A stretch of 64,000 nt of DNA from an uncultured Mageeibacillus sp. Lineage in GTDB: Bacteria; Bacillota; Clostridia; Saccharofermentanales; DTU023. Shown here piece after piece: positions 26,261 to 35,549 of this stretch. The notes under the pieces are model-generated. The model made no database searches and was not told the origin of the DNA. It saw only the letters and a list, made by a program, of their open reading frames with translations. The position numbers and the translations under genes were made by a program. The stretch spans positions 64,322-128,321 of the forward strand of contig CAZSFQ010000003.1 of NCBI GenBank assembly GCA_964606165.1. Reading direction: 5' to 3'. Position 1 is the stretch's first letter. Each line of letters starts with the position of its first letter.

Positions 26261-29200
26261 TTAATGCTCATTGCAGTCATGTTCATTGTTCAGCAGCCAA
26301 GTGAAATCTTTTGTGACAGCCGTTATCACAGCCGCCATCTGCGCTCCTGCCTTCGCGGCCAGCTCGCTTTGCGGCACATCGAAAACACGGCCCCGGTCGT
26401 CGCGGATCCGGTATCTTCCTTCTGCCAGCCGCAGGAAGCCTGTGTTATCTGAATCGGAAAAATCTTCCCCGCTCCAGAAGACAGTCAGCTTATCTTTGTA
26501 CGGTTTGCCCGCGTGGGGACAGAAAGTGGCGCAGTTGCCGCATTCGTTGCACATGCCGTCGATGTGGACAATCTGTTCGGAATTGGCAAAACCCGGGATG
26601 GCCAGGGCCACATTGGCCCGGTTGGGGCAGACCTCCGTGCAGATACGACAGACCTGGTCGCAGATCAGGCAGCGCTGGCCTTCTTCCGGGGGCTGTTTTT
26701 CTTCCCTGAGTTCTCCCCTGCGTTCCAGGATGACCGCCTCATCGACAGGAACCCGCGCATGGACGAAATCGTGGTCCAGGCCCTCTCTGGACAGGATATC
26801 CAGGGCCGCCTTTTTTGCGTCGCCCATGGCCGCGACAACCGTTGACGGTCCCTTTCGGCAATCACCGATGACATAAAGGCCGTCAATTGAACTCTCCATG
26901 GCAGCTGACAGGCGCGGATCACCGTAGCGGTCCGTCTTCATGCCGATTTTCGTGAAGAGCTTCTTGTCAACGCGGGCACCGGTCGCGCCGATCACCGTGT
27001 CGAATTCAAGTGTTTCGAACCCGCCCGTTCCCAGTGAGGCACGGCGGCCTGATTCATCGAAATCGCCCAGTCTTTGTCTTTCGCAAACCAGCTTGCTGCC
27101 TTCATAACGGACGGGAGCCAGAAGCTCAAGCCATCCGATGCCCTCTTCCATGGCCGCATCGAATTCATCCTGGCTGGCGGGCGCGTACATCTCAGTCCGG
27201 CGGTAGACAATGGTCACCTCCGGATCGCCCGGCATCCGTTTCGCAAGCCTTGCAGCGTCCATGGCTACATCACCGGCGCCGATAACGGCCACCCGCTTGC
27301 CCAGGTCACGGGGACCTTCTTCCTTGACGCCGATCAGGAAGTCGAGCGCGTCGAGAACGCGGCCGCTTTCCTCTTCTACCGGCGGCCGCCCCTGCTCCCA
27401 CGCCCCGGTCGCAAGAATCAGGTAGTCATAGGACTTTTTCAGTTCATCCGGATCAAATTGCGGGTTGGCATTGAAATGGAAATTAACCCCGGCAGCTTCG
27501 ACCAGCCTGTAATCACGGTCAATCTGCTCTTCCGAGATACGGAAGGAAGGGATGGCATAGCGGACGATACCATGGGAAGCGGCACGCTTCTCAAAGACAT
27601 CGACCTCAACACCGTTTCTTCTGAGATAATAGGCCGCGGCCAGGCCTGCGGGGCCGGCGCCGATTACACAGGCTTTCTTATCGGTCTTCAGGGGGCTGAC
27701 CGACATCTTGCTGATGTAGGCATCCTGAGCCTGGTCGGCTGCCATCAGCTTGATATCCCTCATGTGCAAGGAGCTGTCATAGTCCAGGCGGGTGCACTTC
27801 TCCCGGCAGGGCTGGGCGCAAAGGACGCCTGTAATGGTGGGGCAGGGATTGTCGATGGCAATCACCCGCATGGCCTCATGGCAGTCACCCCTGGCGACCA
27901 GGGTATTGTATTCGGGTATCTGCTGTTCGATGGGGCAGCCGCCGTCCTTGCAGGGCGCCTTGTAACAGTCATAAAGAGGCAGTTCGGATCCGGTTTCCCT
28001 GGAAGCCACTTTCTCCCGCCAGCGTTTTTGCATGCGCGGGTCAGCCATGGTATCTTCTGCCAGTTTCTCCAGTTTGGCGACATCGATCCTGCCGCCCTTT
28101 CCGAGCAAGGATTCTGTTTCACGCGCCATCTGAGTCAGGCGCATATAGCCGCCTGGTTTCAAAAGTGTCGTCGCGACCGTCACCGGGCCGATTCCGGTTT
28201 CCAGCAGATCCTTCAAGTTGAAGGCGTCGGCGCCGCCCGCAAAGGATACAGGCAGCTTGCCGTCAAAGGCGCGCGACAGATTCAGGGCAAGGTTGATGGT
28301 CAGGGGCATCAGGGCCCGGCCCGACATGTACATCTCCTCCGACGGCACCTCGCCGCGCTTAACATCTACCGGACAGGTATTGGAAAGCTTGACGCCAAAG
28401 GCCAGTTTCTCTTTTCCGGCAACCGCCAGCATGCGGGTAAATATTCCGACCGCGTCTTCGTACTGCAGGTCGGCCAGAAAGTGTTTGTCGGGGAAGGCGA
28501 TGTAATCGTAGCCCAGATCGTCCAGTGTCCGGCGGACAAAATCATAGCCCAGCATGGTGGGGTTGCACTTGACGAAGGTATGAAGCTTTTTTTCGGTCAG
28601 AAGATAATGGGCAATCCGCTCGATCTCGTCCGGCGGGCACCCGTGGAGTGTCGACAGGGTTGCCTGATGGCAGATTTGCGGGGAGATGGCATCGATGACT
28701 GCTTGGTCAACCTTGTCGAAAAGATCTTGATGGCTTTTCAGGAATTGGATGGATTCGGTAAAAAGAGCAAGGCGCGACGCGTCCTTGAGGCCCTCGATGA
28801 AAGCGTCCATCTTGGGCAGTTTGATCCCGTCGAGATCATAGCCAAGGCTCATGTTGAAGGCAAAGTCATTGCCGTCGGACAGGTCGAATTCCACAGCCAG
28901 GACCTTGATGGCAATCCAGGCCTTGATGTACTCGTCGAAGGCTTCCTGGACGGTCAGCTCCGTCGACCACTCGCAGTTATAGCACTCGTCCTCGGCGTTG
29001 ATGCAGGGCTTGGCCACCGCCTGGCGGATTTCCTCACCATCCATCTTCTGGACCGTCTTCAGTTCAACAAAACGCGCGCCAGCCAGATAGGAGACAATGA
29101 TGTTCTGAGCCAGCTGGGAATGGGGGCCCGCTGCCGGCCCGACAACCGAGGCAATCCTGTCACCAAAGGGAGTGACGAAGCGGCTCCCCGACTGGTTCAC

Positions 29201-29308
29201 GTAAAATTTGCTCTTGTCGAGTCCAAAAACACTTCCCTGTGCTTTGTACTCATCAAGGCTCCACTCGATTAGATTCGCAAAGCTGATGGGTCTCATGATG
29301 TCGCTCAT
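26261..29308 (-). CDS. ygfK: YgfK-type Fe-S flavoprotein oxidoreductase (annotated in databases as putative selenate reductase subunit YgfK)
   Basis: 1015 aa. N-terminal DPD/DHODH-like barrel and central dinucleotide folds (VIGAGPAGLAAAYYL, VAVIGAGDVAMDAA). Cys clusters are CAQPCREKC, CLICDQVCRICTEVCP and CNECGNCATFCP. Confidence 0.8.
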   Translation of the reverse strand: MSDIMRPISFANLIEWSLDEYKAQGSVFGLDKSKFYVNQSGSRFVTPFGDRIASVVGPAAGPHSQLAQNIIVSYLAGARFVELKTVQKMDGEEIRQAVAKPCINAEDECYNCEWSTELTVQEAFDEYIKAWIAIKVLAVEFDLSDGNDFAFNMSLGYDLDGIKLPKMDAFIEGLKDASRLALFTESIQFLKSHQDLFDKVDQAVIDAISPQICHQATLSTLHGCPPDEIERIAHYLLTEKKLHTFVKCNPTMLGYDFVRRTLDDLGYDYIAFPDKHFLADLQYEDAVGIFTRMLAVAGKEKLAFGVKLSNTCPVDVKRGEVPSEEMYMSGRALMPLTINLALNLSRAFDGKLPVSFAGGADAFNLKDLLETGIGPVTVATTLLKPGGYMRLTQMARETESLLGKGGRIDVAKLEKLAEDTMADPRMQKRWREKVASRETGSELPLYDCYKAPCKDGGCPIEQQIPEYNTLVARGDCHEAMRVIAIDNPCPTITGVLCAQPCREKCTRLDYDSSLHMRDIKLMAADQAQDAYISKMSVSPLKTDKKACVIGAGPAGLAAAYYLRRNGVEVDVFEKRAASHGIVRYAIPSFRISEEQIDRDYRLVEAAGVNFHFNANPQFDPDELKKSYDYLILATGAWEQGRPPVEEESGRVLDALDFLIGVKEEGPRDLGKRVAVIGAGDVAMDAARLAKRMPGDPEVTIVYRRTEMYAPASQDEFDAAMEEGIGWLELLAPVRYEGSKLVCERQRLGDFDESGRRASLGTGGFETLEFDTVIGATGARVDKKLFTKIGMKTDRYGDPRLSAAMESSIDGLYVIGDCRKGPSTVVAAMGDAKKAALDILSREGLDHDFVHARVPVDEAVILERRGELREEKQPPEEGQRCLICDQVCRICTEVCPNRANVALAIPGFANSEQIVHIDGMCNECGNCATFCPHAGKPYKDKLTVFWSGEDFSDSDNTGFLRLAEGRYRIRDDRGRVFDVPQSELAAKAGAQMAAVITAVTKDFTWLLNNEHDCNEH

Positions 29309-29417
29309 ATATGGTCACCTCTCCTCATTTTCTGGTTTTACCCGGACAATAACCTGTCGCGCGGACAAGGCGGCTGATCTTTAGTTTATCAGTTTTGCCG
29401 CTTTTTTTAGAAGAAAT

Positions 29418-29447
29418 GACCGGGACTCCCTTTGGGGAATCCCGGTC
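29418..29447 (-). terminator. Probable intrinsic terminator after ygeY, internal to the cluster
   Basis: GACCGGGAUUCCCC-AAA-GGGAGUCCCGGUC imperfect hairpin followed on the minus strand by AUUUCUUCU. Confidence 0.5.
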
Positions 29448-29471
29448 AACGGTATCATCGGATTGGTTCGC

Positions 29472-30695
29472 TTACGCTTCCTTGGTAATGTCCACGTAGA
29501 GCGAAGGCATGACACTGTAAATCGCCGCGCAGCGGACGACGTCCTCTTTCCAGGTCACCTCGTTGGGCGCGTGAGCCTGAGCTTCCTTGCCAGGGCCGAG
29601 GCCGATGCAGGGGATGTCGTGGCGGCCCATGATGGCGACACCATTGGTTGAGAAGGTCCACTTATCGACCTTGGGCGCCTGGTAGAGATTGGTGTAGGCG
29701 TCCACCAGGGCCCGCGTCTGCGGCGCGTCCTCGGGAATAACCCAGGTGGGAAAATAGCAATCCTGCTCATAGACGAAGCCGGTCCAGGACGGGCGGTCGT
29801 ACTTGTACATGGTAACAACACCGCCATGCTTTTTGACGGATGGCAGGGCTTCGATTTCCGCTATTGCCGATTCCCAGGTCTCGCCCCAGGTCAGGCGGCG
29901 GTCCAGGGAAATGGCACAGCTGTCCGCGACCGCGCAGCGCGATGGCGAGGTGTAGAAAATCTGGGAAGTCGTGACTGTGCCCTTGCCCAGGAAGGGGTCG
30001 TCCTTGAGGTGGTTGTTGAGCTCTTCCACTTCCTTCAGGATGTCGGCCATTTTGTAGATGGCGTTCTCACCGCGCTCGGGGGCCGAGCCGTGGCAGGAAA
30101 TGCCCTTGACCTCAACACGGATCTCCATGCGGCCACGGTGTCCGCGGTAAACATGCATGTCGGTCGGTTCGGTCGAGACCACGAATTCGGGTCTGATGTT
30201 TTCGTTCTCAATGAGGTGGAGCCAGCACATGCCGTCGCAGTCTTCCTCCTGTACGGTGCCCGTGACCAAAAGCGTGACGTCGTCATCAATCATGCCCAGG
30301 TCCTTGGCAATTTTCGCGCCATAGACGGCCGATACAACGCCGCCCAGCTGGTCGGAAGCGCCGCGTCCGCCCACTTGGGTTTCAGTCTCAAATCCTTCGT
30401 AGGGGTCAAATTCCCAGTTGGTGATTTCGCCAATACCCACGGTATCGATATGGCCGTCAAAGGCGATGACGCGGTCGCCTGTGCCCATCCAGCCCAGCAC
30501 GTTGCCGAGCTGATCGAATTCGGCCTTGTCGTAACCGAGTTTTTCCATCTCTTCCTTGATGCGGCGGGCCACACCTTCCTCTTCACAGCTTTCGCCGGGA
30601 ATCTTGACCAGGTCGCGAAGGAACTTTACCATATCTTCTTTATAAGCCTCAGCGGCTTGGCGTACGCGGTCGTAATCAATTGCGGTTTTTGTCAT
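29472..30695 (-). CDS. ygeY: YgeY-type M20-family metallohydrolase (peptidase M20 / deacylase)
   Basis: M20 motifs [16 protein letters not shown] and TVQEED. The ATG at 30695 has an AAGGAG RBS; the ORF-track start at 30749 is an extension into ygeW. Confidence 0.8.
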   Translation of the reverse strand: MTKTAIDYDRVRQAAEAYKEDMVKFLRDLVKIPGESCEEEGVARRIKEEMEKLGYDKAEFDQLGNVLGWMGTGDRVIAFDGHIDTVGIGEITNWEFDPYEGFETETQVGGRGASDQLGGVVSAVYGAKIAKDLGMIDDDVTLLVTGTVQEEDCDGMCWLHLIENENIRPEFVVSTEPTDMHVYRGHRGRMEIRVEVKGISCHGSAPERGENAIYKMADILKEVEELNNHLKDDPFLGKGTVTTSQIFYTSPSRCAVADSCAISLDRRLTWGETWESAIAEIEALPSVKKHGGVVTMYKYDRPSWTGFVYEQDCYFPTWVIPEDAPQTRALVDAYTNLYQAPKVDKWTFSTNGVAIMGRHDIPCIGLGPGKEAQAHAPNEVTWKEDVVRCAAIYSVMPSLYVDITKEA

Positions 30696-30730
30696 CTTGG
30701 GTACACTCCTTTTATCAATTATATTTGGCT

Positions 30731-31927
30731 TTAAGCATTGTCCGCCCAACGGGGGGCTGCGCTCTTCCAGAGTTCTTCAAGCTTCGCGCCCGGAGCCTTG
30801 ATCTTCTGGAGGAAAATCATGGCCGCGATGATGTAAGGCTTGAAGCTGGCTTCTTTGTACAGGGGGATCCGGTAACGGTCAAAGACAGAAGCATCCACCT
30901 CGCCCTCCTCGCAGGAGACACCCGTGATGTCGGCCGGCAGGCAATGCATGTAGAGCGCCTTGCCGCCGCGCGTCAGCTTCATCATGTCTTCGGTACAGGC
31001 CCAGTCCTTATGGAGGGCATTTTGCGCCAGAAGTTCCTGCTCAAGTGCGTTGATGCCGGCCTGGTCGCCTTTGGCGTAGAGGTCCGTGCGGATTTCCATG
31101 GCCTTGAAGGGCGCCCAGCTCTTGGGGTAGACAACATCGGCATCCTTGAAAGCCTCCGCCATCGACTCGACGCGGGTGAACTTGCCGCCGTACATCTCCT
31201 CATTATGCCTGGCCACGCCTTCGATTTCGTCCATGATGTCATAGCCTTGCGGGTGGGCCAGGACAACTTCCATGCCAAAACGCGTCATCAGCCCTACGAT
31301 GCCTTGCGGGACCGACAGCGGTTTGCCGTAGGAGGGTGAATAGGCCCAGGTCATGGCAAGTTTCTTGCCTTTCAGGTTCTCAACGCCGCCGAACTCGTGG
31401 ATGATGTGGAGGGCATCGGCCATGGACTGGGTGGGGTGATCGATGTCACACTGCAGGTTGACCAGGGTCGGGCGCTGTTCAAGCACGCCGTCCTCATAGC
31501 CCTCCTTGACGTAATCCGAAAAACCCTTCATGTAGGTGTGACCCTTGCCGATGTACATGTCATCGCGAATGCCGATCACGTCCGCCATGAAGGAAATCAT
31601 GTTGGCTGTCTCCTTGACAGTCTCCCCGTGCGCGATCTGGGATTTGCCCTCATCAAAGTCCTGGACCTCAAGGCCGAGAAAATCACAGGCCGAGGCAAAG
31701 GAGAACCTTGTCCGGGTCGACTGGTCACGGAATAGCGAGATACCCAGCCCCGAGTCAAAAATTCGTGCACTCTTGTTATTCTCGCGGAGCTCGCGAAGCG
31801 CGTCGGCCACTGTGAAAATGGCCATAATCTCATCCTGGGACTTGTCCCAGGTAAGAAAGAAATCGTCCTGGTAGAGACCCCTGTAATCGTATCCTTCCAG
31901 TTGCTTGATCAGTTCATTGATTTTCAT
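30731..31927 (-). CDS. ygeW: YgeW-type (knotted) carbamoyltransferase
   Basis: Carbamoyl-phosphate motif STRTRFSF and the HCLP motif (YMHCLPAD). ~398 aa, longer than OTCase/ATCase, as expected for YgeW. Confidence 0.8.
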   Translation of the reverse strand: MKINELIKQLEGYDYRGLYQDDFFLTWDKSQDEIMAIFTVADALRELRENNKSARIFDSGLGISLFRDQSTRTRFSFASACDFLGLEVQDFDEGKSQIAHGETVKETANMISFMADVIGIRDDMYIGKGHTYMKGFSDYVKEGYEDGVLEQRPTLVNLQCDIDHPTQSMADALHIIHEFGGVENLKGKKLAMTWAYSPSYGKPLSVPQGIVGLMTRFGMEVVLAHPQGYDIMDEIEGVARHNEEMYGGKFTRVESMAEAFKDADVVYPKSWAPFKAMEIRTDLYAKGDQAGINALEQELLAQNALHKDWACTEDMMKLTRGGKALYMHCLPADITGVSCEEGEVDASVFDRYRIPLYKEASFKPYIIAAMIFLQKIKAPGAKLEELWKSAAPRWADNA

Positions 31928-31965
31928 TCCTATCTCATTTCCTCTCTTGAATTGGGGTAGCAAAT

Positions 31966-33438
31966 CTACATGCTGGCAAGAACGCCTGCGCGCTCGTTGA
32001 ACTCTTCTGTCAGGCGGTCGATTTCATAAACCTGGTTATGGATGTTGTGCCAGTAATTGTCGTCATACCACTGCGCGTTGAGCTCTTCCAGCGAGCGGCC
32101 CTGTTGCTCGACCCAGGTGTAGTACTTGAGGTTGTGGACACGCCTGCGTGTCCAATAGGTGAACTCTTCCATGTGGTCGACCTTCATGGATTTCAAGTTG
32201 TGCCAGTAGTCGCGGGCAGCCAGTTCATAGCTGTATTCTGCTTCTTCATCGAGCTCAAGGATGCGTGACTGGTACATCTCGGCCGAGTCGGTTGCGACGG
32301 TCAGCAGGACGTCTTTTTCAGTCAATTCGTAGTATTTGGCCATCTTGATCAGGCCCAGGACATTGGCAATGCCGCTGATGCCCAAGAATGACAGTTCCTC
32401 CAGCGCCTGTTTGGACAGGCCTGTTTCCTTCATCAGGTAGTCGTGTCCGACTTCCGAGTTGAAAAGGCGGAGCAGATTCTGGGTGTTGTTGTCATCAATG
32501 GCGACAACCATATCGGTATTCTTGACATTGTGGACAAAGGGGATGTGCTTGTCACCGATGCCCTCGATGCGGTGTCCGCCAAAACCGTTGTTAAGGATGG
32601 TCGGGCATTGCAGGGCCTCGCCCACCGCCACCTTTATGTGGGGGAATTTCTCTTTGAGGTAATCGCCCGCGCTCAAACTGCCTCCGCTGCCGCTTGTAAA
32701 GAAGGCGCCGAACAGCCTGGAATCTTCATCTTTGATTTCATTGTAGACTTCTTCAAGGGCGGGGCCGGTCGCATGGAAGTGCCACAGCACGTTGCCCATC
32801 TCCTCAAACTGATTGAAAATGAAGGCGTCCGGACGTGTCGCGCGGATTTCCTTGACCTTGGCGAAAATTTCATAGACATCACTCTCGCAGCCGGGGGTCG
32901 CGATCACTTCATCCGCGATACTCTGCAGCCAGTCGAAACGCTCCTGGCTCATTTCCTCGGGCAAAATGGCGATTGATTTACAACCCAGCAGCTTTGAGTT
33001 GAAAGCGCCTCCGCGGCAGTAGTTGCCGGTTGACGGCCAAACAGCCCAATTCTCATAAGGGTCAAACTGACCGGTCACAAGACGGGGAACCAAACAGCCG
33101 TACGAAGCGCCGACCTTGTGGCAGCCGGTGGGGAACCATTTGCCGACCATGACAAAGACGCGTGCCTTGATAGCAGTCAATTCCTTGGGAATTTCAATAT
33201 AATTAACCCCGTCGTATCCGCCGCCGTCACGTCTCGGCTCGTTCTTCCATGTAATGCGGAACAAGTTAAGCGGATTGACGTCATCTGTGTTGACATTTTG
33301 TAGAGCTTTTTTGATTTTGTCGGGAACGTTTTCAACTGGATTGCGCAATTGCGCGAAAGTTGGAATAATGATTTTGTTCTCACGCGCGCGTTTAATGGCG
33401 CTCTCGAGACCGTCCTCACGGATCGTCAGATCGATCAT
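31966..33438 (-). CDS. PLP-dependent enzyme of the tryptophan-synthase-beta (PALP) fold, ~490 aa; specific function unknown
   Basis: FPTGCHKVGAS (PLP-lysine motif analogous to NPTGSFKDRGA) and the Gly-rich loop FFTSGSGGSLSAG. The ATG at 33438 has an AAGGAG RBS. First gene of the cluster. Confidence 0.7.
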   Translation of the reverse strand: MIDLTIREDGLESAIKRARENKIIIPTFAQLRNPVENVPDKIKKALQNVNTDDVNPLNLFRITWKNEPRRDGGGYDGVNYIEIPKELTAIKARVFVMVGKWFPTGCHKVGASYGCLVPRLVTGQFDPYENWAVWPSTGNYCRGGAFNSKLLGCKSIAILPEEMSQERFDWLQSIADEVIATPGCESDVYEIFAKVKEIRATRPDAFIFNQFEEMGNVLWHFHATGPALEEVYNEIKDEDSRLFGAFFTSGSGGSLSAGDYLKEKFPHIKVAVGEALQCPTILNNGFGGHRIEGIGDKHIPFVHNVKNTDMVVAIDDNNTQNLLRLFNSEVGHDYLMKETGLSKQALEELSFLGISGIANVLGLIKMAKYYELTEKDVLLTVATDSAEMYQSRILELDEEAEYSYELAARDYWHNLKSMKVDHMEEFTYWTRRRVHNLKYYTWVEQQGRSLEELNAQWYDDNYWHNIHNQVYEIDRLTEEFNERAGVLASM

Positions 33439-33574
33439 TGTTTTTCTCCTTGCTAAGTGATTGTAGGTGATAGGTTGGGCCGGGCTCCGAAAGAAACCCA
33501 AACCTCAACAACTATAGCACATAATATTGTAATAAAGACAGGCCGGCTTGGCTAACAAATTTAAGACACATTTG

Positions 33575-34405
33575 TTACGCATCCGGAAGGGACTCCCCGA
33601 CCTGTGAATCTTTACCTGAATCTTGCTTCTGAAGCAGCTCTTCCTGCCGGGCGTGTTTATTGAGTCTGTTGTACATCAGGATGCCTGCCAGGGCGACAAC
33701 CGCGGTAAGGGCAAATACGGCAACGGCATAAAGATAGTTTTGCGCGCCAAGAAGGCCGCCGCTTACGGTGGAGGTGACGACGGATAAGAGTCGCGCCGAG
33801 ATGATGATCAGCCAGGCCGGCAGGCGCATGGGCGTCAGGCCCGCCAGGTAGGTGAGAATATCCTTGGGGGTACCGGGAAGGAAGAGAAGGATATACATCA
33901 AGACATTGAGCTGGCCCGGCTTGCGGAACAATCTGACCTGGTCGATCTTCTCCGGTTCAAAAAACAATTCAATAACGGGCCGGCCGAAGCGCTTGACAAG
34001 CAGGAAGATCAGGATGCTTGCAGCGTAAATGGCAGCAACACAGATGAGCGTGCCCTCGACCACTCCGAAGGCATAGCCCGCGGCCAGTTCAAAAGGTTCG
34101 CCGGGGATGATGGCAATGACTACCTGCATGAAGTTGGCGAAAAAGAAAATCAACCTGCTGGAGACGGGATGACGGGAAACCATGGCCCGGACCCGAAGCG
34201 GGTCGGAGAAAAAATCGATGGCCGCTTCGCCCCAGCAGATGTAGACCATAACAGAGGATGCCATGATCAGGACAAGAATGCCGATTGTCAGGGAGCGTTG
34301 AAACAGGCGCCTTTTGCGGACAGCGTACAGGGCGCGGGCGTCACTGATATTTATTTTAAACCCGGCTCGGTTTCGTGCCGTCGTCATCAGCTTGTCTACT
34401 TTCAT
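33575..34405 (-). CDS. TVP38/TMEM64 (DedA-related, SNARE-associated) family membrane protein
   Basis: Polytopic membrane protein with IPGEPFELAAGYAFG and FLPGTPKD motifs. Confidence 0.75.
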   Translation of the reverse strand: MKVDKLMTTARNRAGFKINISDARALYAVRKRRLFQRSLTIGILVLIMASSVMVYICWGEAAIDFFSDPLRVRAMVSRHPVSSRLIFFFANFMQVVIAIIPGEPFELAAGYAFGVVEGTLICVAAIYAASILIFLLVKRFGRPVIELFFEPEKIDQVRLFRKPGQLNVLMYILLFLPGTPKDILTYLAGLTPMRLPAWLIIISARLLSVVTSTVSGGLLGAQNYLYAVAVFALTAVVALAGILMYNRLNKHARQEELLQKQDSGKDSQVGESLPDA

Positions 34406-34527
34406 TTGCGCAAAAAGAGGCGCTCAGGCGCACGATGCCATTCTATCATGGAGACAGGTGTTTAGGTTCACCGATCGATTGTATAATGCGTCTGGGAACA
34501 TAAGAGCCGAAAGCAGGAGGACAAAAC

Positions 34528-35457
34528 TTGCATCAACCCCTGGTCAGCGTCATTATTCCTTTCTACAACGCCGAGCGCTGGATTTCACGCTGTCTGGACT
34601 CTGTAACCGGCCAAACTTACAGGGCGCTTGAAATCATTCTTGTATCCGACGGGTCGGCGGATGGATCCGACGGGATCGCCCGCCAGTACGAAGGTAAAGA
34701 TCCGAGGGTGCGCTATGTGCGTCAGGACAACCGGGGGGTGGGCGAGGCCCGTAACCACGGGCTGTCCCTTGCCACAGGAGAATGGATCTGCTTTATCGAT
34801 GCCGATGATTATGTCAGCCATAACTACATCCAGGTCATGGTGGATGCCCTCGTATCGGACGAAACCGACGCGGTCGCTGTCAATTTTTTCATGGAATTAC
34901 CACGGGGCTGGCGACTTCCCTATCCCTTCATCGTGCTGCGGAAGAGACTGAGCGGACAGCAAGCGGTAAAGCAATCTTTCCGGGTACTCTTCTTCCCCAC
35001 CTTCGTGTGGAACAAACTATTCCGCCGCAGTCTCTTTACCGAAAACGGGATCCGCTTTCCCTCGATTCTGTACGAGGACGCCCTTGTTGTTCCCCTCCTT
35101 TTTTTCCACTCCAGGCAAGTGATTGTCCTGAAAAAGTCCTGCTACCACTACCTGCGCCATTCCGGAAGCCTGACTCACGAACTCGCCTCCAGGCACGTCC
35201 ACGACTATCTCAGAGCCGCCAGCATGCTGCGAAGACATCTTTTGGAATCGGGAGAGTGGGAGAAATGGGAAAAACCATTCACCCGATGGCTGAACCGGAT
35301 CAGGGCGCAAATCTTCTTTACCCTTTACCTGACCAGGCGGACCATGCCATGGAAAGAAAGGGACCGCCTGGTCCGCAAAACAGGCGCGGCCGTCAAAACA
35401 ATCAAGCGGGCGGGTGACGCGGATCTGGACCCGGATGAATTGGTCTTCACGCTCTGA
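34528..35457 (+). CDS. Family 2 glycosyltransferase
   Basis: TTG start. VSVIIPFYNAERWISRCLDSV..QTY...EIILVSDGSADGS and FIDADD motifs. Confidence 0.85.
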   Translation: MHQPLVSVIIPFYNAERWISRCLDSVTGQTYRALEIILVSDGSADGSDGIARQYEGKDPRVRYVRQDNRGVGEARNHGLSLATGEWICFIDADDYVSHNYIQVMVDALVSDETDAVAVNFFMELPRGWRLPYPFIVLRKRLSGQQAVKQSFRVLFFPTFVWNKLFRRSLFTENGIRFPSILYEDALVVPLLFFHSRQVIVLKKSCYHYLRHSGSLTHELASRHVHDYLRAASMLRRHLLESGEWEKWEKPFTRWLNRIRAQIFFTLYLTRRTMPWKERDRLVRKTGAAVKTIKRAGDADLDPDELVFTL

Positions 35458-35549
35458 ACACAAAAGCAGGCCCGCGGGACAGGATCCCGCGGGCCATTTC
35501 TTTGCCAAATCCCTGCCGCGCCGGTCTGGCCCAGCAGGGCTGAGCTCTC

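Noticed and set aside
27074-29272. A 732-aa ORF on the plus strand, with similar long ORFs at 36918-38549 (+), 17418-18941 (+), 54828-56246 (+), 16031-16867 (+) and 45499-46281 (-)
   Set aside because: All are antisense shadows of strongly supported genes (ygfK, adhesin, acyl-CoA ligase, LtaS-like, FucI-fold, selD). Their translations are low-complexity and rich in Gly, Arg, Ala and His, with no recognisable motifs. This is typical of stop-poor reverse frames in high-GC DNA.
33439-33574. A purine (guanine/xanthine) riboswitch upstream of the purine-catabolism-like cluster
   Set aside because: The conserved purine-aptamer junction sequences (GGAUAUGG, GUUUCUACC, CCGUAAA as I recall them) are not present. 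Only a weak, imperfect helix can be drawn.
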